From an uncultured Brevinematales bacterium (GTDB lineage Bacteria > Spirochaetota > Brevinematia > Brevinematales > JAOACQ01), in the NCBI GenBank assembly GCA_964392785.1, contig CAYMRH010000003.1:1-56324 (forward strand): a stretch of DNA of 56,324 bases, read 5' to 3'. Under the pieces are notes generated by a model. It searched no databases. It had not been told where the DNA came from and saw nothing but the letters and a program-made list of their open reading frames with translations. A program made the position numbers and the translations under genes. Positions within the stretch are counted from its first letter, which is position 1. Every line of letters starts with the position of its first letter. Positions 26,116 through 36,245 of this stretch are shown one piece after another.

Positions 26116-26298
26116 TTACTTTTTGCAGGTGCTGATACCGAACGGAACGTACAGCGGGCACCAGCCGATGAGCGCGGTGGCCAGCGGCACGACGGCCAAG
26201 AGCCCCCACCAGGACTTGAAATAAATGCCCAACGCCGCGATCACGACGGCCAGAACGATGCGGATGATCCGGTCAACGGTTCCCACGTTCTTTTTCAT
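26116..26298 (-). CDS. DUF2892 / YgaP-like small membrane protein
   Basis: 60 aa. TALIGWCPLYVPFGISTC matches the DUF2892 C-terminal motif. Two TM helices. Confidence 0.55.
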   Translation of the reverse strand: MKKNVGTVDRIIRIVLAVVIAALGIYFKSWWGLLAVVPLATALIGWCPLYVPFGISTCKK

Positions 26299-26454
26299 AA
26301 ATTGCCTCCAGAATATTCCGGTGCGGGAATCCGTCCGAACGGTCCCGCCCGGTCCTGAAATTATAATCAGAAAAGGTGCAATCCGGCAAGCGCGGCCGCC
26401 GTTTGACAGGGAAGCGGTTCTCCCCTACCATATCCTGTTGAAAAGGAGGCCTCC

Positions 26455-27141
26455 ATGGCCCTGACCGCCGAACAGGTGAAAACCGAAACCCGCCACTACA
26501 TGCAGAAGGTTTTCGGATGGATGTTTTTCGGGCTCCTGATCTCGGCCGGGATCGCCTTCTACACGGCCATGACCCCATCGCTGTACCGCGTCATCCTGGG
26601 GAACCGGGCCCTGTACTTCGGCATCATCATCGGACAAGTCGCGCTCATCTTCCTCCTGTTCTGGCTGATCCCGAAAATCCGCGCCTGGCTCGCCGTCACG
26701 CTCTTCATCATCTACTGCGTCGCGACCGGGTTCACGCTCTCCGTCATTTTCGTGATCTACACCACCACCTCCATCGCGCTGTCGTTCGGGATCGCCGCCG
26801 TCATGTTCGGCAGCATGAGTGTGTACGGCTTTTTCACCAAAACGGACCTGACCTCCATCGGGAGCATCCTGGTCATGGGACTCTGGGGGCTCGTGATCGC
26901 CATGGTGGTGAATTTCTTCATGAAGAACGAAATCCTGCATTATGTCGTCTCCGCCGCGGGCGTGGTGATCTTCACCGGCCTCACGGCGTACGACACGCAG
27001 AAAATCAAGAACATGAACATCATCGGAAACGAGGGAACGGAAGAGGACCTGAAGGAGGCCGTGACGGGCGCGGCCATCCTGTACCTGGATTTCATCAACC
27101 TGTTCCTCTTCCTGCTGCGGCTGGTGGGACGCCGGCGCTGA
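26455..27141 (+). CDS. Bax inhibitor-1 / YccA family membrane protein
   Basis: 228 aa with seven TM helices. The conserved LTAYDTQKI motif near the C-terminus. AAAGGAGG ribosome-binding site. Confidence 0.8.
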   Translation: MALTAEQVKTETRHYMQKVFGWMFFGLLISAGIAFYTAMTPSLYRVILGNRALYFGIIIGQVALIFLLFWLIPKIRAWLAVTLFIIYCVATGFTLSVIFVIYTTTSIALSFGIAAVMFGSMSVYGFFTKTDLTSIGSILVMGLWGLVIAMVVNFFMKNEILHYVVSAAGVVIFTGLTAYDTQKIKNMNIIGNEGTEEDLKEAVTGAAILYLDFINLFLFLLRLVGRRR

Positions 27142-27168
27142 TCGGGAAACAAAACCGGGAGGTTCTCC

Positions 27169-28056
27169 ATGGAATGGAATTCCGTCTGGCCTTACGCCCT
27201 GGGCGCGGCCGTTCTGCTGATTTTCTTCTTTTCGGGCGTGCGGATCGTCCGGCCCACCCACCGCGGACTGGTGGAATTCCTGGGCCGGTATTCCGGGTTT
27301 GCGATGCCGGGGTTCCACTTCATTGTCCCGGTCTTCCAGAAAATCTACCTGGTGGACATTACCGAACGCATGGTGGACGCGGAACCCCAGGAAATCATCA
27401 CGAACGACAACCTGAACGCCAAGGTGGACGCGCAGGTTTACTACAAGGTGCAGGGCAACGAGGAAAGCGTCAAGCGCTGCCAGTATAACGTGAACAACTA
27501 CGAATACCAGATCGTGAACCTGGCGCGCACCACGCTCCGCAGCATCATCGGCACGCTCACGCTCAAATCCGCCAACAGCGAACGGAACAAGATCAATTCC
27601 GAACTGCACAAGACGCTGGCGGAAGAAACCGACAAGTGGGGAATCGATATTGTCCGCACGGAACTGAAGGAGATCGAACCGCCCAAGGACGTGCAGGAAA
27701 CCATGAACAAGGTCGTGAAGGCCGAAAACGAGAAGATCGCGGCCATCGATTTCGCCACGGCGCGGGAAACCGCCGCGGACGGGGAAAAGCGCGCCAAGAT
27801 CAAGGAAGCGGAGGGCGTCAAACAGGCCAACATCCTGCGCGCGGAAGGCGAGTCCCAGGCCATCCGCCTCATCAACGAAGCAGCCGAAAAATACTTCGTG
27901 GGCAACGCGCAAATCCTGAAAAAACTGGAAACGCTGGAATCCGCCCTGAAATCCAACACGAAATTCGTCCTGCCCACGGACCAGGAACTGGTGAACGTGA
28001 TCGGGGACATGGCGGGGGTCAACCCTCTGGTTCTCCGCGGCCAGGACAAGAAATAA
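27169..28056 (+). CDS. SPFH/Band 7 (stomatin/prohibitin-like) family protein
   Basis: N-terminal TM helix, then the SPFH core (VRIVRPTHRGLVEFLGRYSGFAMPGFHFIVPVFQKIYLVDITE...) and a coiled-coil Ala/Glu-rich C-terminus. Confidence 0.85.
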   Translation: MEWNSVWPYALGAAVLLIFFFSGVRIVRPTHRGLVEFLGRYSGFAMPGFHFIVPVFQKIYLVDITERMVDAEPQEIITNDNLNAKVDAQVYYKVQGNEESVKRCQYNVNNYEYQIVNLARTTLRSIIGTLTLKSANSERNKINSELHKTLAEETDKWGIDIVRTELKEIEPPKDVQETMNKVVKAENEKIAAIDFATARETAADGEKRAKIKEAEGVKQANILRAEGESQAIRLINEAAEKYFVGNAQILKKLETLESALKSNTKFVLPTDQELVNVIGDMAGVNPLVLRGQDKK

Positions 28057-28059
28057 TCC

Positions 28060-28578
28060 ATGACCGTCCTGCGCGCCCGGGTCCCCGCGTTTGCGTGGGT
28101 GGCGCATATTTCAGCCGTTCTGGCGCTGGTGTTTCTTCTGGCCCTGGTGTACGCCCGCATGGCGGGCCCGTCGCGGCCCGCGGCGCTCGTCCTGCTTTCG
28201 GGCGCGATCATCCTGTCGGTTTTTCTGCTCGTGGCCGCGCCTCTACTCGCCAAAGTCACCTTCGACGGCCGGACGCTCGTTCTAAGTTTCCCGCCCCAGA
28301 AATCCAGACGGTTTGACGCGGGCGCCATCCTGTCCGTAAGCGCCGCCGATTATTCCAATGACGCCGGCCTCAAGCCCGTTTTCAGGACGAACGGAATGTC
28401 CCTGGGTCCGTTCAAACTGGGTTTTTTCATCCTCGCTTCGCGAAAGCCCGCCATGATCATGACGGACCGCTCCCGTGTGCTCGTCATCCATACCGAGGAC
28501 ACGGACATCCTGATCGGCCACGATCACGCGGATGAGCTGGAGCGGGCCGTCCGCCGGTGCCTGGATAAAACCGGATGA
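28060..28578 (+). CDS. Hypothetical membrane protein
   Basis: 172 aa with two N-terminal TM helices and no recognised catalytic motif. Overlaps the next gene by 4 nt. Confidence 0.45.
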   Translation: MTVLRARVPAFAWVAHISAVLALVFLLALVYARMAGPSRPAALVLLSGAIILSVFLLVAAPLLAKVTFDGRTLVLSFPPQKSRRFDAGAILSVSAADYSNDAGLKPVFRTNGMSLGPFKLGFFILASRKPAMIMTDRSRVLVIHTEDTDILIGHDHADELERAVRRCLDKTG

Positions 28579-29201
28579 AAATATCCAACTACGATCGACT
28601 CGCTCCCTGGTACGAACTGCTGTCCGGATTGTCGGAACGGACATTCCGCAACAGCGGCATCGACGCGCTGGATCTGAAGAAAACCGATGCGGTGCTGGAA
28701 GTCGGCTGCGGCACGGGCGAAGGGCTCATCCGGATGGCCGAATCGATCGGACCGCGCGGTTCCGTCACCGGCCTGGATCTGTCCGAGGGCATGCTCGCCG
28801 TTGCGGCGAAAAAACTCCGCCGGAAGGGAATGGATAAACGCGTCCGGCTTGTGCGCGGCAGCGCGCTCCGGATGCCGTTTGCGAAGAATTCGTTCCAAAA
28901 AGTATTCTTGTCTTTTACGCTGGAACTCTTTTCGGATCGGGACATGGATAAACTGCTGAACGAAATCCGGCGCGTTCTTTCGCCCCGGGGAAGGCTTTCC
29001 GTCGTTTCGCTCGAGGCCCGGACGCGTTCCAACCTGATGACCAAACTCTATGTGTTCCTACACCGGAAATTCCCGTCCGTGATCGACTGCCGGCCGGTCC
29101 CCGTCCGAAACATCCTGGAACAAAACGGGTTCCGGGTTCTCCGCCACGATCAGAAGAGCCTCTTCGGCCTTCCGGTGGGGATTCTGCTGGCGGGGAAATA
29201 A
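28575..29201 (+). CDS. Class I SAM-dependent methyltransferase (UbiE/COQ5-like)
   Basis: SAM-binding motif VLEVGCGTGEG and post-I acidic residue (LDLSEGM). Confidence 0.8.
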   Translation: MKISNYDRLAPWYELLSGLSERTFRNSGIDALDLKKTDAVLEVGCGTGEGLIRMAESIGPRGSVTGLDLSEGMLAVAAKKLRRKGMDKRVRLVRGSALRMPFAKNSFQKVFLSFTLELFSDRDMDKLLNEIRRVLSPRGRLSVVSLEARTRSNLMTKLYVFLHRKFPSVIDCRPVPVRNILEQNGFRVLRHDQKSLFGLPVGILLAGK

Positions 29202-29204
29202 GCC

Positions 29205-29522
29205 CTATTCCAGCAATGCTTTTCGCCGGATCGAACTCCTGCTTTTCCCGGATTCCGAAACAGATGTGAACTCGTAAACCCTACCCCGCCCGTCTTTCAT
29301 GTCATAACCGGTCGTCCCGCCGTCCGTCGTCTCTTCGCAATACCATGTCCCGGGAACTTCCTTCAAATCCGAAACGAATTTTCTGAACTCTTCCCCGGTC
29401 ACCTGACGCCCGTCAATCTCATAGGCTTTTTCGGCGCCGGGGGTGTTCGTTTCCGGTTTGCCGTCTGCCCCGCAGGAAAACAAAGCCAAAACCGCCGCCG
29501 CCATCATGATGTTCCGGATCAT
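29205..29522 (-). CDS. Hypothetical lipoprotein
   Basis: Signal peptide with lipobox LFSC (MIRNIMMAAAVLALFSCGA). 105 aa. Confidence 0.5.
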   Translation of the reverse strand: MIRNIMMAAAVLALFSCGADGKPETNTPGAEKAYEIDGRQVTGEEFRKFVSDLKEVPGTWYCEETTDGGTTGYDMKDGRGRVYEFTSVSESGKSRSSIRRKALLE

Positions 29523-29595
29523 CCTGTCTTGCCTCCTATTCCGCCGGCGCCGCTTTTTTCTTCCTGCCGGACGGCTTCGATAACAATTCGATGAG

Positions 29596-29927
29596 TTATT
29601 CGCGGTGACCGTAGCACATCATCTCGTCGCCCGATTTCAGCACCATCGATCCGTGCGGCGCGCCGATGATTTCCTGCCGCTTTCCGTGCTTGCGGTTGAT
29701 GGCCAGAACCAGAATGAGCTCGAACCGGCCCTTGAGATCGGACAGCGACGGGTTGGTCACCACCGATTCGGATTCCGGGGAGTGAAACCGACGCCCGAAA
29801 ACGCCGACTGCGCCCGGGAAGAGGCGATTTCGTGCGAGAGACCCGTCATCTCGAGAGCGACGGAGCCAAACCGGACAACGATGATCGAGAGCAGAATGAA
29901 GACAAGCAGGCTGACGAGGGCTATCAT
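29596..29927 (-). pseudogene. TrkA-C (RCK_C) domain membrane protein gene disrupted by a -1 frameshift in a C4/G4 homopolymer
   Basis: Starts at the ATG at 29927 after GGAGG. The first frame reads MIALVSLLVFILLSIIVVRFGSVALEMTGLSHEIASSRAQSAFSGVGFTP and stops at 29757-29759. A second frame continues ...SPESESVVTNPSLSDLKGRFELILVLAINRKHGKRQEIIGAPHGSMVLKSGDEMMCYGHRE (RCK_C-like) to the TAA at 29596-29598. The frames join at the run 29777-29780. Confidence 0.5.
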
Positions 29928-30160
29928 GGCAAACCTCCGTTCCGGTTCCCGAGATGCCATTTTAACGGATCCCTCAATCGCTGTCATGTTTCTCAGCCGC
30001 GGACCCCCAAAAAAACAGGCCAATATTTTGGCATGAACCGTCATTCGGTGTAAAGTAAAGATGAGTCCGAAACGGGCCAGTGCAGGTCGCATCAGACCGG
30101 CCGGTTTTCCTGAAAATATCCGCGCGGGTTTCGCCGGACTCAATAAACAAGGGGGCTCCC

Positions 30161-31405
30161 ATGAAAATCGCGAAAATCCTGACCCTGACGATAGTTTCGG
30201 CACTTCTGTTTTTATCCGGATGCCAGGCGGGCAAAAACACCATTACCGTTATCGGCACCTGGGGCGGCAGCGAGCTCGAAACATTCAAAAAGATGGCCGA
30301 AGGATCGGGATATAAAATCCGGTTCGAGACGACCCGGGACCTGGACGCGGTTCTCGCGGCCCGGGGAAAGGCCGGCAACCTGCCGGACATCGGCATCCTG
30401 CCCAATCCCTCCAAGCTGAAGGAACTCGCCAGCCAGGGACTCATCCAGTCCATCGATTACTTGGACCACGGCAAACTGGAGAAAAAATATTCGCCCGTGT
30501 GGATCGATCTGGGCAGTTTCGGCGGGTTTCTCTACGGCGTGTTCATCAAGGCCGCCAACAAGTCCGTCATCTGGTACAGCCCGAAGGAATTCAGAAAATA
30601 CGGCTGGTCCGTTCCCCGTTCCTGGAATGATCTGGTCGCGCTGACCGACCGCATCCGCCGTTCGGGCAAAACCCCCTGGGCCATCGGCGCCGATATCGGC
30701 TGGCCTCTTTCCGACTGGATCGAAAACATCGTCGTCCGCACGTCCGGCCCGGAATTTTACGAAAAATGGATCCGCCACGAGGTTCCCTGGAACCATTCCC
30801 GCATCCGCAAGGCGTTCGAAACCTGGGGAGAGATCACGCTCAACTCCAACAACCTGGCCGGAGGAATCGACGGCACGCTGGCCGACTCGTTCCAGAACGC
30901 CGGCTTTTCCGTTTTTCTCGCGGAGCCGAAGGCCTACCTTACGTACGCGGGCGATTTCATGGGCGGGATCGTCCGTTCGCAACTGACCAACCTCGTGTCG
31001 GGCGAGGACATCGACTTTTTCCCCTTCCCGCCCGTCAAGGAATCCGTCACCAACCCGGTCGTGGGTGGGGCGGACGTGGTCGTGGCGTTCCGCGACCGGC
31101 CCGAGGTGCGGAAATTCCTGGAATGGCTCACGTCCGAAAAAGCCAACACGATCGCCGCGCAGAACGGGTTCGTGACGCCCCATAAGCTCGTTCCGTCCGG
31201 GGCTTACTCCGATCCGCTGAACCTCAAATCCGCCATGATGCTGCGGAACGCGGAAGTTTTCGTGTTCGACGCGTCGGACCTCATGCCGCCGGCGGTCGGC
31301 AACCAGGGCGGATTCTGGGACGCGTGCAAGCGCTATCTCCAGAACCCGGACAGTCTGGACGACATCCTTCTGCAGATGGAAAAGCTGGCCCGGCAGAGCG
31401 ACTGA
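30161..31405 (+). CDS. ABC transporter substrate-binding lipoprotein (extracellular solute-binding family 1, sugar-type)
   Basis: Start ATG at 30161 after AAGGGGG; the listed 30080 start adds 27 non-protein-like residues. Lipobox LFLSGCQ. Family-1 binding-protein architecture. Confidence 0.85.
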   Translation: MKIAKILTLTIVSALLFLSGCQAGKNTITVIGTWGGSELETFKKMAEGSGYKIRFETTRDLDAVLAARGKAGNLPDIGILPNPSKLKELASQGLIQSIDYLDHGKLEKKYSPVWIDLGSFGGFLYGVFIKAANKSVIWYSPKEFRKYGWSVPRSWNDLVALTDRIRRSGKTPWAIGADIGWPLSDWIENIVVRTSGPEFYEKWIRHEVPWNHSRIRKAFETWGEITLNSNNLAGGIDGTLADSFQNAGFSVFLAEPKAYLTYAGDFMGGIVRSQLTNLVSGEDIDFFPFPPVKESVTNPVVGGADVVVAFRDRPEVRKFLEWLTSEKANTIAAQNGFVTPHKLVPSGAYSDPLNLKSAMMLRNAEVFVFDASDLMPPAVGNQGGFWDACKRYLQNPDSLDDILLQMEKLARQSD

Positions 31406-31415
31406 CGGAAAACCG

Positions 31416-32549
31416 ATGAGAAACACCGGAAGAAAAAATCGGGACTGGTTCGCGTTCGTCTGGCTGGCCCCCGCGATCGTTCTGCTCTCGGCTTTTCTCC
31501 TCAAACCGGCCGTGGAAACGGTGGTCCTGAGCTTCTCCGAAAAACAGGTATCGGACGCGCGGCAGGTCCGCAGGGAACTTCTTTCCTACTTTTCCGAACG
31601 CGGAATCCGGGCCGAATCATCCTCTCGGTTTCAGTCCCTGACGGACTGGCAGGCCGCCATAACCGATTTTCAGGCGCGGCACCGGGTGTCTCTGGATCCC
31701 GGCTCCCTCAAAAGCGGCCTGTCACTGGAGCAGACGGCGGAATTCCTGACGACGCGCATGGCCCTCCAGAACCGCACGGGCGGCCGCCGGTTCGCCGGAT
31801 TCACCCACTACGCGCGACTTCTCGGGGATGCCAATTTCCTGACGGCCGTCAAAAACAATCTCCTGTGGCTTTTTTCCTTTACCATACTGACCGTCGTTTT
31901 AGGACTGGCCATCGCGTCGTTCGTGGAGAGGGTCCGCTGGTCGGGAATCGCCAAGACTCTCATTTTTCTGCCCATGGCCATCTCGTTCGTGGCGGCCGCC
32001 GTCATCTGGGCGCTGATGTACGACAAGGACCCGTCCGTCGGCACGGTCAACGCCGTCATCGGCGGCGTCCTGCGTCTGTTCGGTGCCGGACATTTTGACG
32101 GTATCGCCTTCCTGGGCCGGCCCGACACCGTCAACGCCGCGCTCATCGTGTCCGGAATCTGGATGTGGACGGGCTACTGCATGGTGATTTTCAGCGCCGC
32201 TCTGCGTTCGATTTCCACGGACGTGCTCGAGGCCGCAAAAATCGACGGAGCGTCCGTCCTGCAGACTTTTTTCCTCGTGGAAATTCCCATCATTCTGCCC
32301 ACGATTATCGTCGTCATCACCACCATGGCCATCATCATCCTGAAAGTTTTTGACATTGTCTATACCCTCACCGGCGGCGGGCCGTTCGGCGCGAGCGAAG
32401 TGATCGCCAACCGTATGTACCGCACGGCTTTCAACGAAGGACGGATGGAGTACGGCTCCTCCATGGCCGTCATCCTCTTTTTGGCCGTCCTGCCCGTGCT
32501 GATCCTGAATACCATCCACTATTCCCGCGAAAGGAAAAACGCGCGATGA
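31416..32549 (+). CDS. Sugar ABC transporter permease (MalF/UgpA-like) with a long periplasmic insert
   Basis: EAA motif EAAKIDGASVLQTFFLVEIPIILP. Six TM helices plus an N-terminal extracytoplasmic loop. Confidence 0.85.
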   Translation: MRNTGRKNRDWFAFVWLAPAIVLLSAFLLKPAVETVVLSFSEKQVSDARQVRRELLSYFSERGIRAESSSRFQSLTDWQAAITDFQARHRVSLDPGSLKSGLSLEQTAEFLTTRMALQNRTGGRRFAGFTHYARLLGDANFLTAVKNNLLWLFSFTILTVVLGLAIASFVERVRWSGIAKTLIFLPMAISFVAAAVIWALMYDKDPSVGTVNAVIGGVLRLFGAGHFDGIAFLGRPDTVNAALIVSGIWMWTGYCMVIFSAALRSISTDVLEAAKIDGASVLQTFFLVEIPIILPTIIVVITTMAIIILKVFDIVYTLTGGGPFGASEVIANRMYRTAFNEGRMEYGSSMAVILFLAVLPVLILNTIHYSRERKNAR

Positions 32550-33391
32550 AAACACGACGGCGGAAATTCTTCATATTCTCGAATCTTTTTCTGTTCCTTT
32601 TTACGGCCATCTGGTTTGTCCCGACCATCGCGCTCTTTGTCAGTTCGTTCCGCCTGCCCGCAGATCTCTCCGTCTCCGGCTGGTGGAACGCTTTTCTCCA
32701 TCCCGATCGCCTTACGCTGTCCAATTATAAACTCGTCCTCTTCCAGTCCGGCATCGCGCGGGCGTTTTTGAATTCCCTCATTATTTCCATCCCGTCCACG
32801 ATCATCCCGGTGGCCGTGGCGTCGCTGGCGGCCTATTCGTTCGCCTTTATGGAATTCCCGTTCCGAAAAACGCTGTTCATCACGATTCTCGCCCTGCAGG
32901 TCATCCCGCTACAGATCACCCTCATCCCCACGCTCGTCATGCTCAAAGATCTGCGCCTGGCGGGCACGTTCCCGGGCTTGTGGCTCGCCCATTCGGCCTA
33001 CGGCCTGCCGTTCGGAATCTACCTGCTCCACAATTTCTTTTCCAAAATCCCGTCCTCCATCCTGGAATCGGCGCAGATGGACGGCGCCTCCCACCGGCAG
33101 ATCTTCCTCAAGATCATCCTGCCGCTGTCCGTCCCGGCGCTGGCGAGCCTGGCGATTTTCCAGTTCCTTTGGGTTTGGAACGATCTCCTCATCGCGCTGG
33201 TGTATTTGGGCGGCACGCCGGACGTGGCCCCGCTCACCATCCGCATCGCGGGCATGAAGGGGTCGCTGGAATCGGGCTGGCATATCATGACGACGGCGGC
33301 GTTCATCTCGATGGTCCTGCCGCTTGCGGTGTTCTTTGCATTGCAGAAGTATTTTGTGAGAGGGATCCTGGCGGGGGCGGTGAAGGAATAG
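32546..33391 (+). CDS. Sugar ABC transporter permease (MalG/UgpE-like)
   Basis: EAA motif ESAQMDGASHRQIFLKIILPLSVPALA. 4 nt overlap with the upstream permease gene. No ATPase gene adjacent. Confidence 0.85.
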   Translation: MKTRRRKFFIFSNLFLFLFTAIWFVPTIALFVSSFRLPADLSVSGWWNAFLHPDRLTLSNYKLVLFQSGIARAFLNSLIISIPSTIIPVAVASLAAYSFAFMEFPFRKTLFITILALQVIPLQITLIPTLVMLKDLRLAGTFPGLWLAHSAYGLPFGIYLLHNFFSKIPSSILESAQMDGASHRQIFLKIILPLSVPALASLAIFQFLWVWNDLLIALVYLGGTPDVAPLTIRIAGMKGSLESGWHIMTTAAFISMVLPLAVFFALQKYFVRGILAGAVKE

Positions 33392-33480
33392 GTTTTTAGC
33401 CGCAGAGACACGGAGGACGCAGAGTTTACATAATAGTAGGGGCTATGAGCCCCTCTGGCCCCAAGTATTTTTTTCGCCTC

Positions 33481-33693
33481 GCCGGCGTGGCCATAAGGGG
33501 GCCTGCCCCCTTAAACCCCGGGTGCGCGCGGTGCCCTCTCACGGGCAGGACATTGCGAAAGAAACGCGCGGGGGTAAGAATCGCAAACACTCGCCATCGT
33601 GGCGAGGGTTTGCTCATCGAAAGACATCCTGTCTTTCTTAGAAATACTTCGTTTCCTTCACGGAGTAGAATCGAGGGCACAGCGCCGGAAGCA
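33481..33693. repeat. Left ~215 bp inverted repeat bounding the AT-rich island
   Basis: GCCGGCGTGGCCATAAGGGGGCCTGCCCCCTTAAACCCCGG...TGCGAAAGAAACGCGCGGGGGTAAGAATCGCAAACACTCGCCATC...CTTCACGGAGTAGAATCGAGGGCACAGCGCCGGAAGCA. About 75% identical to the reverse complement of 44400-44626. Contains the hairpin TAAGGGGGC-ct-GCCCCCTTA. Confidence 0.6.
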
Positions 33694-33722
33694 AGAACGG
33701 AGAAGGAGTATTAGATATCCAT

Positions 33723-36218
33723 TTATAATTCATTTGCACCAATCACTGTGTCATAGAGTCCAATATCTTCGCCTTCGTGCTTGTTGACTCCGGTATAAAC
33801 CAGACTCGAATCTTCATAGCGTTTGAATTTATAAACGGCATCATTCATTAAAGCGCTGTTAAAAACGTTAAGGCTGACCAATAACTCGAAATCTTTCACA
33901 TTCAATCCCGTTACTTTCTTGAAAAGGCCTGGTTCCAATTGGGTAATTACATCCCGCAAAGTTCTCTCACGGAAATCAGTCAAATACATGAAAATCGGTA
34001 TACGAGTCGCAAATTTAATGAGTTTTTCTTGAATCTGCTTTCTGAGATTTTTATAGGTCTTTTCTTCTTCCGTCAATTTCTTCAGCTCTTTTTTAGTTAG
34101 GTCTCGGTCATTCGCTTCATTCTTTAACTTCTTGATCGCATCCGACTTGTTTATTATAGTTTCAATTTCCTGATTCAGTCTGCGGAAACCCTCGATGTTC
34201 ATAAGCGCCTGCATGGCTTTTTCATTGTTCATAAGTTTTTGGAGTGTGTCATTATCAACATTGACGAGAAGCGCGCTTTCCCATCGGCGCGCCAGTAACG
34301 TAGCGGTGGTTCCGCTCATAGCGATATCTAACACACCCGCCGGATCAATCTCTTTCATGCTCATTCCGTCATAACACAGTACCGGCAAGAAATGAATGAA
34401 ATCCGCTACTTTCTTTTCAGGATTCGTTTCATAAACACTCAGACGGCAGCTATAATCCGCGATTTGCCTTAAAGCCCTGTCCGGTGCAAAATCGAACACA
34501 TAGCACTCACTTTTAATGATTTCTTCTTTATTGGGTGATGAATGATCCGGATTTCTCACCGTCCAGGGCGACTGAACACGGAAAGCCGCTTGAAAGTAAG
34601 TTTCCGGACTGGATGTATTTCTCAGCATGAGAATACCAGTCCACGGTTTTATCGTAACGCCTGTGGTCAGTTTACCGCAGGAAAGCGTGATGGTTTTTGT
34701 TTTCAAAGGGTCGTCCATTGCCTCCAAAACTGGAGGCAGTGCGTCAACTCCTATACCCGCATCGGAACCGGCTGCTACAACAACCTGATAATCATGATAA
34801 AATTTATTCTGCTTTTGGCCAATCAGGGATTTCATGGCATGGCAGGCCGAAACACTGGGCATAAACCAGAGAGTATGGGTTAGTATATTCAATAAACGAG
34901 CGTCTGAAAACGGTAATGGGGGTTTCTGCGCACCCAGTTTTAAATTATCGACAGTTGTTTCCAGTAAGGAACCACGTATCAGATCAAGCCACTTCTGGAC
35001 TTCGTTTTCGTGTACAAATTTCGCACGACTGCCCAATCCCTCGGCGGAGAAAAATTCGTTTAAGTCAAACTCGTTGAATTCTCCTTTCAGGGCGATTTCC
35101 CTTATACTGTCGGGAAGCTGGTAAGTCAGCATGACCATCCTAGGCAGGGCCGCGTAGGGATTTTCTCCGTCCTTCCAATCTTCCTTTGCTTTCTGTTCGT
35201 CTGAATAAGTCCAGTTGAATATCTGTTCTTCGATAAATTCCCCCGATGTAATGGCCCGAAACGGGGTGCCTGAAAGGTATAGATAGTGGCTTGTTGTTAG
35301 CGGCATGATGCTTTCATCAAAATATTCAATACCTTCGCCCTCTGCAAAGGCAGTTTCTTTTCTATCTTCCGCCTCAAATAATTCCTTGGCATTCTCGCGC
35401 CATGCGCCGTAATGATACTCGTCAAAAATAACACAATCCCAATGAATAGCATGAGCCCATTCGTTTTTTAGTTTGATTCCGCCCGCCTCGTTACGCCCGA
35501 GGAAATCCTGAAAAGACGCAAAACAAATGAAGGGTTTGTTTTTCTTCACTTCCTCATAAGTCAAACCGTTACGGGAAATGAATTGCCAGCCTTTGAAATC
35601 AATATGGGACTTCAAATCTTCTTCCCAAGCGCTCTGGACGGCGGGCTTGAAAGTCAATATCAGGACTTTTGACCAGCCCATGGATTTGGCCAACTGATAA
35701 GAGGCGAAGGTTTTACCAAAACGCATTTTCGCGTTCCAGAGAAAGTGAGGTGTTTTACGCGGATTTTCCTTTTTGAATGATTTGAAATAGACCATTGCTT
35801 TTTTGACGGCCTCTTTTTGTTCCGGCCGCATGGAAAAATCCAGGGTGCGGGATTCCTCATTCAATTCACCCCTTTTCACAGCCAACACGGCGGCTTTTAC
35901 CTTCTCAACCGAACATTGAAACCACTCGCCCTCGGGGTTTTTTATACCGATTAATCTTAAATAGCGATGAACATCATGGTCAGTAAAGGAGCTTCCGTCT
36001 CCCCGCATGGCCGATTCTTCAAGAACGATCCGGTAAGGTAAAGGCCCCGGCCTGACCGTTGGGTACTGCTCGGCCACCCGCTCTTGGGCACTTTTTGTCG
36101 TATAACCGACCTTTAATAGCCCCTTATACTGCGGATTGGTGTCTTCATAAGCATAAATGATCGGCTTGACTTCGGGCCTTTGTGGAAATATTTCTTTAAC
36201 GGCCACTCTTATCTCCAC
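33723..36218 (-). CDS. T5orf172/GIY-YIG-like nuclease domain fused to an SF2 helicase/ATPase (restriction-subunit-like), 831 aa
   Basis: The N-terminus PIIYAYEDTNPQYKGLLKVGYTTKSAQERVAEQ resembles the T5orf172/GIY-YIG domain. Walker A AKMRFGKTFASYQ and motif II VIFDEYHYG. Last gene of the five-gene operon. Confidence 0.6.
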   Translation of the reverse strand: MEIRVAVKEIFPQRPEVKPIIYAYEDTNPQYKGLLKVGYTTKSAQERVAEQYPTVRPGPLPYRIVLEESAMRGDGSSFTDHDVHRYLRLIGIKNPEGEWFQCSVEKVKAAVLAVKRGELNEESRTLDFSMRPEQKEAVKKAMVYFKSFKKENPRKTPHFLWNAKMRFGKTFASYQLAKSMGWSKVLILTFKPAVQSAWEEDLKSHIDFKGWQFISRNGLTYEEVKKNKPFICFASFQDFLGRNEAGGIKLKNEWAHAIHWDCVIFDEYHYGAWRENAKELFEAEDRKETAFAEGEGIEYFDESIMPLTTSHYLYLSGTPFRAITSGEFIEEQIFNWTYSDEQKAKEDWKDGENPYAALPRMVMLTYQLPDSIREIALKGEFNEFDLNEFFSAEGLGSRAKFVHENEVQKWLDLIRGSLLETTVDNLKLGAQKPPLPFSDARLLNILTHTLWFMPSVSACHAMKSLIGQKQNKFYHDYQVVVAAGSDAGIGVDALPPVLEAMDDPLKTKTITLSCGKLTTGVTIKPWTGILMLRNTSSPETYFQAAFRVQSPWTVRNPDHSSPNKEEIIKSECYVFDFAPDRALRQIADYSCRLSVYETNPEKKVADFIHFLPVLCYDGMSMKEIDPAGVLDIAMSGTTATLLARRWESALLVNVDNDTLQKLMNNEKAMQALMNIEGFRRLNQEIETIINKSDAIKKLKNEANDRDLTKKELKKLTEEEKTYKNLRKQIQEKLIKFATRIPIFMYLTDFRERTLRDVITQLEPGLFKKVTGLNVKDFELLVSLNVFNSALMNDAVYKFKRYEDSSLVYTGVNKHEGEDIGLYDTVIGANEL

Positions 36219-36245
36219 CTACTTAATTTTTATAGCATTGTAATA

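Noticed and set aside
33437-33474. A hairpin AGGGGC-tatga-GCCCCT after the ABC permease gene as a rho-independent terminator
   Set aside because: The T-run starts 14 nt after the stem, so it is weak as an intrinsic terminator. It is not reported as a feature.
33426-33714. ORFs 33426..33680-, 33445..33714+ and 44148..44522- inside the island's inverted repeats
   Set aside because: They lie wholly within non-coding repeat DNA. Their similar peptides (LLRNASFLSRSRI / FLRNTSFPSRSRI) simply reflect the repeat. Composition is not protein-like.
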